A stretch of 64,000 bases of DNA from Halobacteriota archaeon (lineage in GTDB: Archaea; Halobacteriota; Halobacteria; Halobacteriales; Halobacteriaceae): assembly GCA_051744605.1 (NCBI GenBank), contig JBNJDE010000001.1, positions 1,580-65,579 on the forward strand, given 5' to 3'. The notes beneath the pieces were generated by a model, which worked only from the letters and a program-made list of their open reading frames with translations, made no database searches and had not been told where the DNA came from. A program made the translations under genes and the position numbers. Below, piece after piece: positions 55,223 through 64,000 of the stretch (the first letter of the stretch is position 1; every line of letters begins with the position of its first letter).

Positions 55223-57475
55223 CTACTCTCGAACCGCGTCGAGGATCAACCGCTGTTCGACGCGTTTGACCTCGTGCTGGACGTCGCGCACGGCGTCGAT
55301 GTTGGCGGAGATGGAGGAGATGCCCTCCTCTGCCAGGAAGCGAACCATCTCGGGTTTCGACCCGGCCTGCCCACAGATGCTCGTGTCCACGTCGTGTTCG
55401 CGACAGGTGGCGATGGTCTGTTCGATGAGGCGGAGGACGGCGGGGTGCAACTCGTCGAAGCGGTCGGAGACGTTGCCGTTGTTGCGGTCGACCGCGAGCG
55501 TGTACTGGGTGAGGTCGTTGGTCCCGAAGGAGGCGAAGTCGATGCCTTCGGCGGCCATCTCCTCGATCATCATCGCACTCGCCGGCGTCTCGACCATCAC
55601 GCCCCAGGTGCGCTTTTCCGGATCGAGGCCCACTTCGGTCATCAACTCGCGGGCCGCAGCCACGTCTCGCTCGTCGTTCACGAGGGGGAACATGATCTCG
55701 ACGTTGTCGTACCCCATCTCGTAGAGGCGTTTGAACGCCTGCAGTTCGTGTTTGAACAGGTCGGGTTCGGTGAGCGACCGACGGATCCCCCGATAGCCGA
55801 GCATCGGGTTGTGTTCGTGGGGTTCGTCCTCGCCGCCCTCGAGCTGGCGGAACTCGTCGGTCGGGGCGTCGAGTGTTCTGACGCGCACGGGTCGCGGGTA
55901 GAACTCGTCCGCGACGCCGCGGACGCCCTCGACGATCTCGTCGACGTAAGCCCGTTCGCCGTGGTCGGCGATGTAGCGTTCGGGCGTCTTGTTCGTCGAG
56001 AGGATCATATGCTCCAGGCGCAGCAGACCGACGCCGTCCGCGCCGGTCGCGGCGGCCCGTTCGGCGGCCTCTGGGATGGAGACGTTGACCTTGACCTCGG
56101 TCGCTGTCATCGGTTTCACCGGTGTCTTCGGCCGTGCTTCCTCGATAGGTTCGCGTTCGGTCACGGATTCGGGACGGCCCTCCGTGATAACCCCTCTATC
56201 GCCGTCGATGGTGACGATCTGGTCGTCCCGAAGGGTATCGGTCCCGTTCCCGCAACCGACGACGGCGGGGACACCGAGTTCGCGCGAGACGATCGCCGCG
56301 TGACTGGTCATGCCGCCTTCGTCGGTGACGATCCCGGCCGCTCGTTTCATCGCCGGGACCATATCCGGGGTCGTCATCTCCGTGACGATGATGTCCCCTT
56401 CGCCGACCTTGTCTAGCTGGTCCAGTTTGTCGACGATGCGGACCGCACCCGAGGCGATGCCCGGACTGGCACCGAGGCCGGAGAGGAGTTCCTCGCCGTT
56501 ACCGTCCTCCGAAACGGCCGCCTGGGTCTCGTCGGAGATGGTGGTGATCGGACGCGACTGGAGCATGTACACGTCGCCGTCGACGATCGCCCATTCGACG
56601 TCCTGTGGGGTTCCGTAGTGGTCTTCGACCCGCCGGCCGAGAGCCACGAGGTCGGAAAGTTCGTCGTCGGTGAGCACGCGTGCGGTGCGTTTGTCGTCGG
56701 GCACCTCCCGCTCGACGGTCTCCCCGGAGTCGGCGTCCCGCTCCATCATGATCTTCTTGTCGGCGATGGTCACGTCCTCGACGACCTCGCTCTCGCGATC
56801 GACGACGTAGTTGTCGGGCGAGACGGATCCTGAGACGACGGCCTCACCGAGCCCCCAGGCCGCCTCGACGATGACCTTGGGGGCCCCGGTCGAGGGATGG
56901 CTCGTGAACATCACGCCGCTCTTCTCGGCGTCGACCATCTGCTGGACGACGACCGCGATGTTCACGACGTCGTGTTCGAAGCCCTTCTGCTGGCGATAGT
57001 AGATGGCCCGCTGTGTGAACAGCGACGCCCAGCAGCGTTTCACCCTGTCGACGAGGTCGTCGCGCTCGACGTTCAGGTAGGTGTCCTGTTGGCCGGCGAA
57101 GCTCGCGTCCGGGAGGTCCTCTGCGGTCGCCGAGGACCGAACGGCGACGAACGCCTCCCCGTCTCCCAGGGCGTCGTACGCGGACTCGATCTCCTCGTGG
57201 AGCTCGTCCGGCATCGGCGTCTCGAGGATGAGACTCTTGGCGTGCGCCTCGGCCTCTGCGAGTGCCGCCGAGTCCTCCGTGTCCACGTCGACGGACTCGA
57301 ACAGTTCCTCGTCGATGCCCGTCTCCTCGATGAAGTCACGATACGTTCCTGCAGTCACGACGAACCCCGGCGGTACCGGGAGGCCTGCATCCGTCATCTC
57401 CCCGAGTGAGGCCCCTTTACCGCCGACGAGGTCGATGTCGTCGGCTCGGATGTCTTCCAGCCAGCGTACAGCCAT
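55223..57475 (-). CDS. ppsA: Phosphoenolpyruvate synthase
   Basis: [15 protein letters not shown]…[15 protein letters not shown] (phospho-His), [16 protein letters not shown] at 57475. Confidence 0.96.
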   Translation of the reverse strand: MAVRWLEDIRADDIDLVGGKGASLGEMTDAGLPVPPGFVVTAGTYRDFIEETGIDEELFESVDVDTEDSAALAEAEAHAKSLILETPMPDELHEEIESAYDALGDGEAFVAVRSSATAEDLPDASFAGQQDTYLNVERDDLVDRVKRCWASLFTQRAIYYRQQKGFEHDVVNIAVVVQQMVDAEKSGVMFTSHPSTGAPKVIVEAAWGLGEAVVSGSVSPDNYVVDRESEVVEDVTIADKKIMMERDADSGETVEREVPDDKRTARVLTDDELSDLVALGRRVEDHYGTPQDVEWAIVDGDVYMLQSRPITTISDETQAAVSEDGNGEELLSGLGASPGIASGAVRIVDKLDQLDKVGEGDIIVTEMTTPDMVPAMKRAAGIVTDEGGMTSHAAIVSRELGVPAVVGCGNGTDTLRDDQIVTIDGDRGVITEGRPESVTEREPIEEARPKTPVKPMTATEVKVNVSIPEAAERAAATGADGVGLLRLEHMILSTNKTPERYIADHGERAYVDEIVEGVRGVADEFYPRPVRVRTLDAPTDEFRQLEGGEDEPHEHNPMLGYRGIRRSLTEPDLFKHELQAFKRLYEMGYDNVEIMFPLVNDERDVAAARELMTEVGLDPEKRTWGVMVETPASAMMIEEMAAEGIDFASFGTNDLTQYTLAVDRNNGNVSDRFDELHPAVLRLIEQTIATCREHDVDTSICGQAGSKPEMVRFLAEEGISSISANIDAVRDVQHEVKRVEQRLILDAVRE

Positions 57476-57594
57476 GTGACATCCTAGTTGACTGCAATCT
57501 CCATAAAGAAGGTTGCGCACGGCGAGTGACAAACATTGCCGCTACGGCCAGGCCGTGACGGGTGTTTTTTGTGAGCTGCTCTCCTTCCACCGCT

Positions 57595-58014
57595 ATGGAA
57601 TCACGACGCGCACTCGCGTGGTCCGCCCGGTACTTCCTGATCAGCGCGGTCTTCGCGCTCGTCGGCGCGGTGCTGGTCGGTGCCGGCGTGGGGTACGGCG
57701 GGCTACAGGCGTGGACTATCTACCAGCAGACGGGTGACGCGGTGGGGGCAACCCAGGGTGTCGCGGTCTATCTCGTGCTCGCGCTCGTCGGCATCCTCGT
57801 GTGGCGCTTCGGGAAGGCGTTCGCCCTCTATGCGACCCTGACCGGCGCCGTCGAGGAGCAACTCAGTGACACGTTCGACACCGAACACGTGAAAAGCGAC
57901 ATCGTCGCCATCCTCGACGACCGTCTCGCCGACATGCAACAGGACCTCCAGTCGGTCAACCGCGAGATCCGTGACGTGAAAAACGAATCCGAGTTCGAGT
58001 TTCAGCGCGAGTAG
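57595..58014 (+). CDS. Hypothetical two-TM protein with C-terminal coiled coil
   Basis: Two hydrophobic helices and an acidic heptad tail (RLADMQQDLQSVNREIRDV). Confidence 0.7.
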   Translation: MESRRALAWSARYFLISAVFALVGAVLVGAGVGYGGLQAWTIYQQTGDAVGATQGVAVYLVLALVGILVWRFGKAFALYATLTGAVEEQLSDTFDTEHVKSDIVAILDDRLADMQQDLQSVNREIRDVKNESEFEFQRE

Positions 58015-58031
58015 GTGGCGCGCCGCCGTTT

Positions 58032-58976
58032 TCAGCTCACTTCGAGGATGTCGTCGCCGTCCGGTTCCGGAACGACCAGTTCGCCGTCGAGCGCCGTCGT
58101 CGCCGTCCCACCCACACGAACGGTCTCGTCCACGCGAACCCGCACGCGTCCGGGCCGGTCGAGGAAATCCCCCTGTTCGAACCGGAGTTCGTCAGGCATC
58201 CCGTCGGCAACACTGACGTCGCTTCCGCCAGGTGCCGACCCGCCACCGTCGAAGGCACCGACGTATCGGAGGTACGCGCCGGTCGCACCGCTCGCCGTTC
58301 CCGTCACCGGATCCTCGGAGACCCCGGCGCCGGGGACGAAGGCCCGACCGTGCACGGTCGAATTCGATTCGAGCGTATCGAAGGTGAACGCGTAGACACC
58401 GACCGCGTCCACCCGCGCTGCCAGCGCGTCGACCGCCCCGTCGTCGGGGTCCGCCCGTCCGAGCTCTTCGAGGAAGTTGACCGGGACGACGAGGAACGGC
58501 AACCCGGTACTGGTGACCGCGAGTGGCAGGTCGTCACGGACCGCTTCGATGGCCTCGGCGCGGATGCCCAGCGCCGACGCGACCTCGGCCGTGTCCAGAT
58601 CCACCGTTCGAACCGTTGGCTCGGATTGGGTCATCCAGGCCGTCCCGTCCTCCTCGACAGCCACGTCGAGGACGCCGACGTTCGTCTCGATGGTGAAATC
58701 GCCGGTGACCGTGCCCCTCTCCGCGAGGTGGACGAGGCTCGCGATGGTCGCGTGCCCACAGAGGTCGACCTCCGTGGTCGGCGTGAAGTAGCGAAGCCGC
58801 CTGTCAGCCCGAGTCGAAGGGTGGACGAACGCCGTCTCGCTCGCGCCGATTTCACTCGCGATGGCCTGCATCTGGCCCTCGTCGAGTCCCTCGGCATCCG
58901 GGACGACGCCCGCGGGATTGCCGGCGTAGGGCTCGTCGGTGAAGGCGTCGACGATGAGCCCCCGTGTCTCGTTCAT
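58032..58976 (-). CDS. PhzF/DAP-epimerase family protein
   Basis: VDAF…GNPAGV, SETAF, EVDLCGHAT, EDPVTGTA. ATG at 58976. Confidence 0.92.
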   Translation of the reverse strand: MNETRGLIVDAFTDEPYAGNPAGVVPDAEGLDEGQMQAIASEIGASETAFVHPSTRADRRLRYFTPTTEVDLCGHATIASLVHLAERGTVTGDFTIETNVGVLDVAVEEDGTAWMTQSEPTVRTVDLDTAEVASALGIRAEAIEAVRDDLPLAVTSTGLPFLVVPVNFLEELGRADPDDGAVDALAARVDAVGVYAFTFDTLESNSTVHGRAFVPGAGVSEDPVTGTASGATGAYLRYVGAFDGGGSAPGGSDVSVADGMPDELRFEQGDFLDRPGRVRVRVDETVRVGGTATTALDGELVVPEPDGDDILEVS

Positions 58977-59031
58977 GGGCAGTTTGTTCGGCGGAATCGT
59001 GTTGAACCCATCGGGTCGGACCACGGACAGA

Positions 59032-59059
59032 TGTATACTATATAGCTCATGTGTATACT
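59032..59059. promoter_or_regulatory. TGTATACT direct repeat (20-bp period) flanking a CTATATAG TATA palindrome
   Basis: TGTATACT at 59032-39 and 59052-59; CTATATAG at 59038-45. Confidence 0.45.
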
Positions 59060-59328
59060 CTCAGATGGTGGCGAATACAACAATAGCTAAGTAGGTTCGG
59101 AATCCGGGTCAACATGGGTGTCAGAGGCACGGTCCGGTCGGAACTCCTCCCCTCCCACCGCACTCCCCCATCGTCTCCGGCCGCCCGTCCGACGCACCCA
59201 TTTTGTATTCCCCCGTCTCCTCTTTCCAGTGTCCATGGCGAGCCTCGGGCCCCGTCGTGTGCCGAATCGGGGTGGATGTCAAAGCAGTTAATGCGAGTCG
59301 TGGCGTTGGTCGGGCGTGGTGACCGAGC

Positions 59329-60027
59329 ATGTCTGATCTCCCCGAGGAGTTCTCCTGTACTGTCACGAACTGGGAGTACATCTACGGCCTCGCGCGGGAC
59401 GTAAGCGACCAGGTGAAAGCGGCCGACTTCGAACCCGACGTCATCGTGGCACTGGCCCGCGGTGGCTGGTTCGCGGGCCGCGTCCTGTGTGACTTCCTCG
59501 GCCTCGACGATCTGACCAGTCTGAAGATGGAACACTACGTGGGGACCGCCGAACAGAGCGGGTCGCCGGAGATCCGCTATCCGATGCCCGAAGGGTCGGT
59601 CGAGGGCAAGGACGTCCTGATCGTCGACGATATCGCAGACACCGGCGGGTCCATCGAACGGGCCTACGAGTACGTGACCGACCGGGACGCGGGCGAGGTC
59701 CAGACCGCGACCCTGCAGTTACTCCAGACCAGCGAGTTCGAACCCGATTTCGTCGGAGAACGCCTCGAACAGTGGGCCTGGATCGTCTACCCCTGGAACT
59801 TCATCGAGGACATGGTCGACCTCATCAGCGGGGTCATGGCGAAGGCCGACGACCCGCCGTACACCAGCGACGATATCCGTCACCTGCTCACGGCGTATCA
59901 CGACATCGAACGGATCGAGATGGAGATCGCCCAGCCCGACCGTCTCGGCGAAGTCCTCGACGAGATGGAACGGCGCGACGTGGTCGAACGGGTCGACGAG
60001 GACGCCTGGGCACTGCTCGACGACTGA
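59329..60027 (+). CDS. Purine-type phosphoribosyltransferase with C-terminal extension
   Basis: ALARGG, PRPP loop LIVDDIADTGGS, WIVYPW. Confidence 0.88.
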   Translation: MSDLPEEFSCTVTNWEYIYGLARDVSDQVKAADFEPDVIVALARGGWFAGRVLCDFLGLDDLTSLKMEHYVGTAEQSGSPEIRYPMPEGSVEGKDVLIVDDIADTGGSIERAYEYVTDRDAGEVQTATLQLLQTSEFEPDFVGERLEQWAWIVYPWNFIEDMVDLISGVMAKADDPPYTSDDIRHLLTAYHDIERIEMEIAQPDRLGEVLDEMERRDVVERVDEDAWALLDD

Positions 60028-60101
60028 GCCCGACTGAAGCCCGGGTCCCGTCCGCCCTATCGAACGGAATCATTTTCCCGCCCGTCCCGACAACTAGCGG
60101 T

Positions 60102-60956
60102 ATGCTCGGGTTCATCGGTGGCAGCGGCATCTACGACGCCCTGCCCCTGCAGAACGTCCGCGAAGAGCGCGTCGAAACGCCCTACGGGTCGCCGAGTGCG
60201 CCGGTGACCGTCGGCGAGTTCGAGGACACCGGCACAGACGTGGCGTTCATCCCGCGTCACGGGGTGGACCACCAGTACTCACCGACCGACGTTCCCTACC
60301 GGGCGAACATCTACGCCCTCAAGCAACTCGGCGTGGAACGCGTCCTCGCCAGCAACGCGGTCGGCAGCCTCCGCGAGGACCTCCCCCCGCGGAGTCTCGT
60401 CGTCCCGGACCAGACCTTCGACCGGACCCGGCACCGCGAACAGACGTTCTTCGGGGATGGTATCGTCGTCCATCAGTCACAGCCGGACCCGTTCTGTCCG
60501 CACCTCTCCGGAATCCTCGCCGAGGCGGCCCGGGAGGCCACGGATGCCCAGGTCGAGGAGGGTGGCACGTACGTCTGTATCGAGGGACCGCAGTTCTCCA
60601 CGCGGGCGGAGAGCGAGTTCTACCGCGAGCAGGGCTGGGACGTCATCGGCATGACCGCCGTCCCGGAGGCCAAACTCGCCCGCGAAGCCGAACTCTGCTA
60701 TGCGACCGTCACTGGGGTCACCGACTACGACGTCTGGAACGAGGACAGCGAGGTGACCCTCGAGGAGGTGCTGGAGAACGCCGCGCACAACGAGGATCTG
60801 ATCAAGCGAACCGTCGAAGCCGCGATCCGAAGCATGCCAGAGGGACGTGAGTGCGGGTGTGAGACGGCACTCGAGGGATCGATCAACACGCCGAAAGCTG
60901 CCGTCCCCGAGGAGACCCTGGACCGGGTCTCGCTCTTCGTCGACGACTACCTCTGA
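60102..60956 (+). CDS. mtnP: S-methyl-5'-thioadenosine phosphorylase
   Basis: GFIGGSG, TPYG.PS, RHG, NAVGSL, EGPQFSTRAES, GMT..PEA, VTDYD. ATG at 60102. Confidence 0.92.
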   Translation: MLGFIGGSGIYDALPLQNVREERVETPYGSPSAPVTVGEFEDTGTDVAFIPRHGVDHQYSPTDVPYRANIYALKQLGVERVLASNAVGSLREDLPPRSLVVPDQTFDRTRHREQTFFGDGIVVHQSQPDPFCPHLSGILAEAAREATDAQVEEGGTYVCIEGPQFSTRAESEFYREQGWDVIGMTAVPEAKLAREAELCYATVTGVTDYDVWNEDSEVTLEEVLENAAHNEDLIKRTVEAAIRSMPEGRECGCETALEGSINTPKAAVPEETLDRVSLFVDDYL

Positions 60957-61873
60957 GACTGGTCGGATTCGGTCGTGTTTGCCTCGTCTGGGGCGTCGGT
61001 TTCGTCCTCCGCAGGGGACCCGTCGCCGAACGCCACGTCCGGGTCCGCATCCGGGTCGATGATCCAGAGGTCGCCGAAGAGGTCGTCCTGCTGGAGGTAG
61101 ACGTCGCCCCGGTGGGAGAGGAACAACAGGGCGAGAAACGACTCGATACGCGTCCCCGCGGCGTCGGCGATCTCCTCGAAGAGGACCTCCGTGCGCCCCT
61201 TCTGATAGGCCAGCTCCAGTTGCGACCAGACGGCTTCGATGAGGGCGTCGATGTCCTCCTGGTGGGTCGTACCGGTGACGTCGTCCGTGTCCGGTTCGCC
61301 CTCCATCCGCATGTCGTCGCCAGAGCGGTAATCGAGGGTCTGGACGCCGCGACTGAACCCGCTCGGGGACTCGCTCGTGTCGTAGGAGCGCGACTCCTTC
61401 CACCAGGTCCCGCGCTCGGCCTTCCGCAGGTCCCTGACGAGTTCGTCCAGGGTCATCGGGGTGCCGCGGGCGGTCTTGCGGTCGAGTCGCCGCTCCATCT
61501 CGCTCTCGAGTGCCGCGATGGGGTCGCCGGCGGGCCCGTCGAAGGCGTCGTCGTCCCAATCCTCCTCCCAGGGCGGGGCTGGCTCGATCTCGTCGTCCGT
61601 CTCCGCCTCCTCGTCGTCGTCCGACAGCATCACGTCGCTTTTCATCCGGAGGAGGACGCTCGCGTAGAACAGTGCCCGTCCCGACGTCCGAAGGTCCCCG
61701 TCGTCCAGGGCCGCGAGGAACTCGTCGGTCACCGTGACGATGTCGACGTCCCAGGGGTCGATGTCCCCCTGCTTCGCCAGTTGGACGAGCAGTTCGACGG
61801 GCTCGACGTCCCCGTCGTCCTCGTTCGTGGGGTCGGGATCCGGTGGCCGGGCCACGTCGACGCCGTCAGTCAT
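60947..61873 (-). CDS. scpA: Segregation and condensation protein A (kleisin)
   Basis: IDPWDVDIV..TD.F, ASVLLRMKS, TLDELV, FLALLFL…LQQDDLFG; directly downstream of smc. Confidence 0.92.
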   Translation of the reverse strand: MTDGVDVARPPDPDPTNEDDGDVEPVELLVQLAKQGDIDPWDVDIVTVTDEFLAALDDGDLRTSGRALFYASVLLRMKSDVMLSDDDEEAETDDEIEPAPPWEEDWDDDAFDGPAGDPIAALESEMERRLDRKTARGTPMTLDELVRDLRKAERGTWWKESRSYDTSESPSGFSRGVQTLDYRSGDDMRMEGEPDTDDVTGTTHQEDIDALIEAVWSQLELAYQKGRTEVLFEEIADAAGTRIESFLALLFLSHRGDVYLQQDDLFGDLWIIDPDADPDVAFGDGSPAEDETDAPDEANTTESDQSQR

Positions 61874-64000
61874 CGGCGATCAGCTCCCGCTGGGCGGCCA
61901 GATCGATGCCGGTGACGGCGCTGACGTTCTCGTCCTGCATGGTCACGCCGATGGCCCGCTCGGAGCGTTCGAGCATCGCCGAGCGGTGGGAGACGACGAC
62001 GAACTGGGCCTCCGTGGCGAGTTCGTCGACCATTTCGCCGACCCGTTCGGCGTTCGCCGCGTCGAGGAAGGCGTCGACCTCGTCGAGCGCGTAGAACGGC
62101 GCCGGGTTGTACCGCTGGATGGCGAAGATAAAGGCGAGGGCGGTGAGGGACTTCTCGCCGCCGGACATCGCGTCCAGGCGCTGGATGGGTTTATCGCCCG
62201 GTTGCGCACGCATGGTGAGGCCCCCGTCGAAGGGGTCGGCCGGATTCTCGAGGACGAGTTCGCCGGTCCCGTCGGAGAGGCGCTGGAAGATGTCCTCGAA
62301 CTGCTCGTTGATGGCCTCGTACGCCTCCATGAACGTCTCCTTTTTCAGCCGGTCGTACTTCTCGATGCGCTCCTGGATGGCGTCCCGTTCCGCCACGAGT
62401 TCGTCTTTGCGGCCCTCGAGATCCTCGAGTTTCGACTGGACGCGGTCGTAGTCCTCGATGGCCTTCATGTTCACCGGCTCGAGTTCGGCCATCTGGGTCT
62501 CGAGGCGTCGGATGTTCCGCTCGACCTCCTGGAGGTCTGGGATCTCCTCGGGATCGTACTCCTCGACCGTCTCGGAGAGCTCTTCGATCTCCTCCTCGAG
62601 ACGGTCTCTGGCGCGTCTCAGGCTCTCCAGGCGGTTGGAGACCCGCTCGACCTCCTGTTGTTTCTCGTCGCGGTGGCTCTTGGCCTCCTTGAGGTCGGAT
62701 TTCAGCCCCTCGCGGTCGTCTTTGAGTTCGGCCAGTTCTTCTTCGAGTTCCGCGACCGCTTCGCGCTTCTCCTCGAGTAGCCCCTCGTTCTCCTCGATCT
62801 CGGCTTCCAGCTCCTCGATCCGCTCCTGCTGGGCCGCCTTCTTGTTCTGGGCGGCTTCGACGTCGTCGTGGAGCTCGTCGACGGCCTCCTCGGCGTACTG
62901 CTTTTCGAGGTTGAGGCTGTTGAGGTCGCCGTCGATGTCGTCCATCCGCGATTCGATGTCGTCGATATCCGCCTGGATCTCCTCGCGTTTCGCCGCGAGC
63001 TCGGGCACTCGCGAGTCGGCCAGTTCGGCCTCTATCTCCTCGATCTCTGCCTGGATGGCGTCGATCTCGTCGCTCTTCTCGGCGATCTCCGCGTCGAGGT
63101 CCTGCATCTGCTCGTCGACGTCCTCTCGTTCGGTCTCGAGCCGTTCGATACGGGACTCCATCGCCTCGATGCGCTCCTCGGCGTCCTCGCGTTCGCCCTC
63201 GACGCGTTCGATGTCCGATTCGAGGTCGCGGACCTGGTCGGCCGCGGCGGCGCGCTTCTCGCGGGCGTCTTCCAGACGGCTCTCGATGCTTCGGACGTCC
63301 TCGCGGATGTCCGCCCGTTTGTCCTCGAGGCGCTGGATGCGTTCGGCGACCCGCTCCAGTTGACCCTTCCCGGTCTTCGAGAAGGAGTACCGTGAGCCCG
63401 ACCGGCTGCCACCGGTCATCGCACCGCTCTTCTCGATGAGGTCGCCATCGAGCGTGACGAGGCGACGGTCGCCCATCAGCGAGCGGGCGGTGTCCAGGTC
63501 CTCGACGACCAGGGTGTCGCCGAGCACGTACGAGAAGATGGCGGCGTACTGCTCGTCGAAGTCGACGAGGTTGTAGGCGTAGTCGACGACACCCGGCTCG
63601 TTCGGGGCGCTCGGGAGCGAGCGCTCGTACATCTCGGTCAACGGCAGGAAGGTCGCTCGACCTGCGTTGCGCGACTTGAGGTAGTCGATGCACTGCTGGC
63701 CGACGCCGTCGTCGTCGACTACGACGTTCGCCATGCGGCCCCCGGCGGCCGTCTCGCAGGCGGTCGCGTACCGTTCGTCCACGCCGCCGAGTTGGCCGAC
63801 GGTCCCGTGGACGCCGTCGAAGCCGGCGTTCAGCACCGTCGTCACGGCCCTGCCGTAGGAACTGTCGCCGTTCTCGTCGGCTCGTGCTTCGATTCGGGCG
63901 TATTCCTCGCGGGCCGCGCCCAGGTCGTCTTCGACGTCGTCGAGGTCGTCCTGTCGCTCGGTCTTCTCTCGTTTCAGGTCCTCGACGACCGCCGCGATCT
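61866..64000 (-). CDS. smc: Chromosome segregation protein SMC, C-terminal part (starts beyond the right edge)
   Basis: Frame is open to the window end. Hinge (GRATFLPL, GAMTGG), coiled coil, signature MSGGEK, Walker B LDEVDAFLD, VVSHR. Confidence 0.96.
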   Translation of the reverse strand, partial: IAAVVEDLKREKTERQDDLDDVEDDLGAAREEYARIEARADENGDSSYGRAVTTVLNAGFDGVHGTVGQLGGVDERYATACETAAGGRMANVVVDDDGVGQQCIDYLKSRNAGRATFLPLTEMYERSLPSAPNEPGVVDYAYNLVDFDEQYAAIFSYVLGDTLVVEDLDTARSLMGDRRLVTLDGDLIEKSGAMTGGSRSGSRYSFSKTGKGQLERVAERIQRLEDKRADIREDVRSIESRLEDAREKRAAAADQVRDLESDIERVEGEREDAEERIEAMESRIERLETEREDVDEQMQDLDAEIAEKSDEIDAIQAEIEEIEAELADSRVPELAAKREEIQADIDDIESRMDDIDGDLNSLNLEKQYAEEAVDELHDDVEAAQNKKAAQQERIEELEAEIEENEGLLEEKREAVAELEEELAELKDDREGLKSDLKEAKSHRDEKQQEVERVSNRLESLRRARDRLEEEIEELSETVEEYDPEEIPDLQEVERNIRRLETQMAELEPVNMKAIEDYDRVQSKLEDLEGRKDELVAERDAIQERIEKYDRLKKETFMEAYEAINEQFEDIFQRLSDGTGELVLENPADPFDGGLTMRAQPGDKPIQRLDAMSGGEKSLTALAFIFAIQRYNPAPFYALDEVDAFLDAANAERVGEMVDELATEAQFVVVSHRSAMLERSERAIGVTMQDENVSAVTGIDLAAQRELIADD

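Noticed and set aside
59047-59404. ORFs 59047..59535, 59114..59404 and 59121..59381 in the large intergenic gap
   Set aside because: Non-acidic, low-complexity translations that overlap promoter elements, with no recognisable motif.
1-64000. Mobile elements, integrases, toxin-antitoxin or defence islands
   Set aside because: No transposase or integrase motifs, terminal inverted repeats or sustained low-GC segment were seen. Gene content is conserved core.

Overview
High-GC, acidic-proteome haloarchaeal (Halobacteria) chromosomal window, densely coding. I found no rRNA, tRNA, CRISPR array, IS element or integrase. The left end holds the N-terminus of a CetZ tubulin/FtsZ-family gene (<1..113, minus strand, missed by the ORF track). 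It is divergent from a tightly coupled 8-gene type IV pilus/Tad-like operon: coiled-coil protein, membrane-anchored protein with a 27-bp repeat, PilB/VirB11-like ATPase, PilC/TadC-like platform, small pilin-like genes, and a 958-aa pilin-signal protein. The rest is mostly conserved haloarchaeal core: a CPxCG zinc-finger microprotein, MFS transporters, a GpgS-like glycosyltransferase, Nudix, Hsp20, a radical SAM-HhH enzyme with TRAM and YkgJ neighbours, a methyltransferase/GT2/amidohydrolase trio, a secreted triple-repeat glycoprotein, a thermosome subunit, SAM hydrolase, nadM, lonB-abi, an ATL-like protein, trpCBA, aroA'/aroB'/aroD, tfb, yjjX, aglD, a TAXI-TRAP transporter, an NfeD-SPFH pair, pyk, metG, mfnA, ppsA, a PhzF-family gene, a purine PRTase, mtnP, scpA and the 3' part of smc. 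The best candidates for uncharacterised systems are the CetZ-linked pilus-like locus and the radical SAM/TRAM/YkgJ module. Family and locus-tag assignments come from motif recognition and memory, not from database searches.
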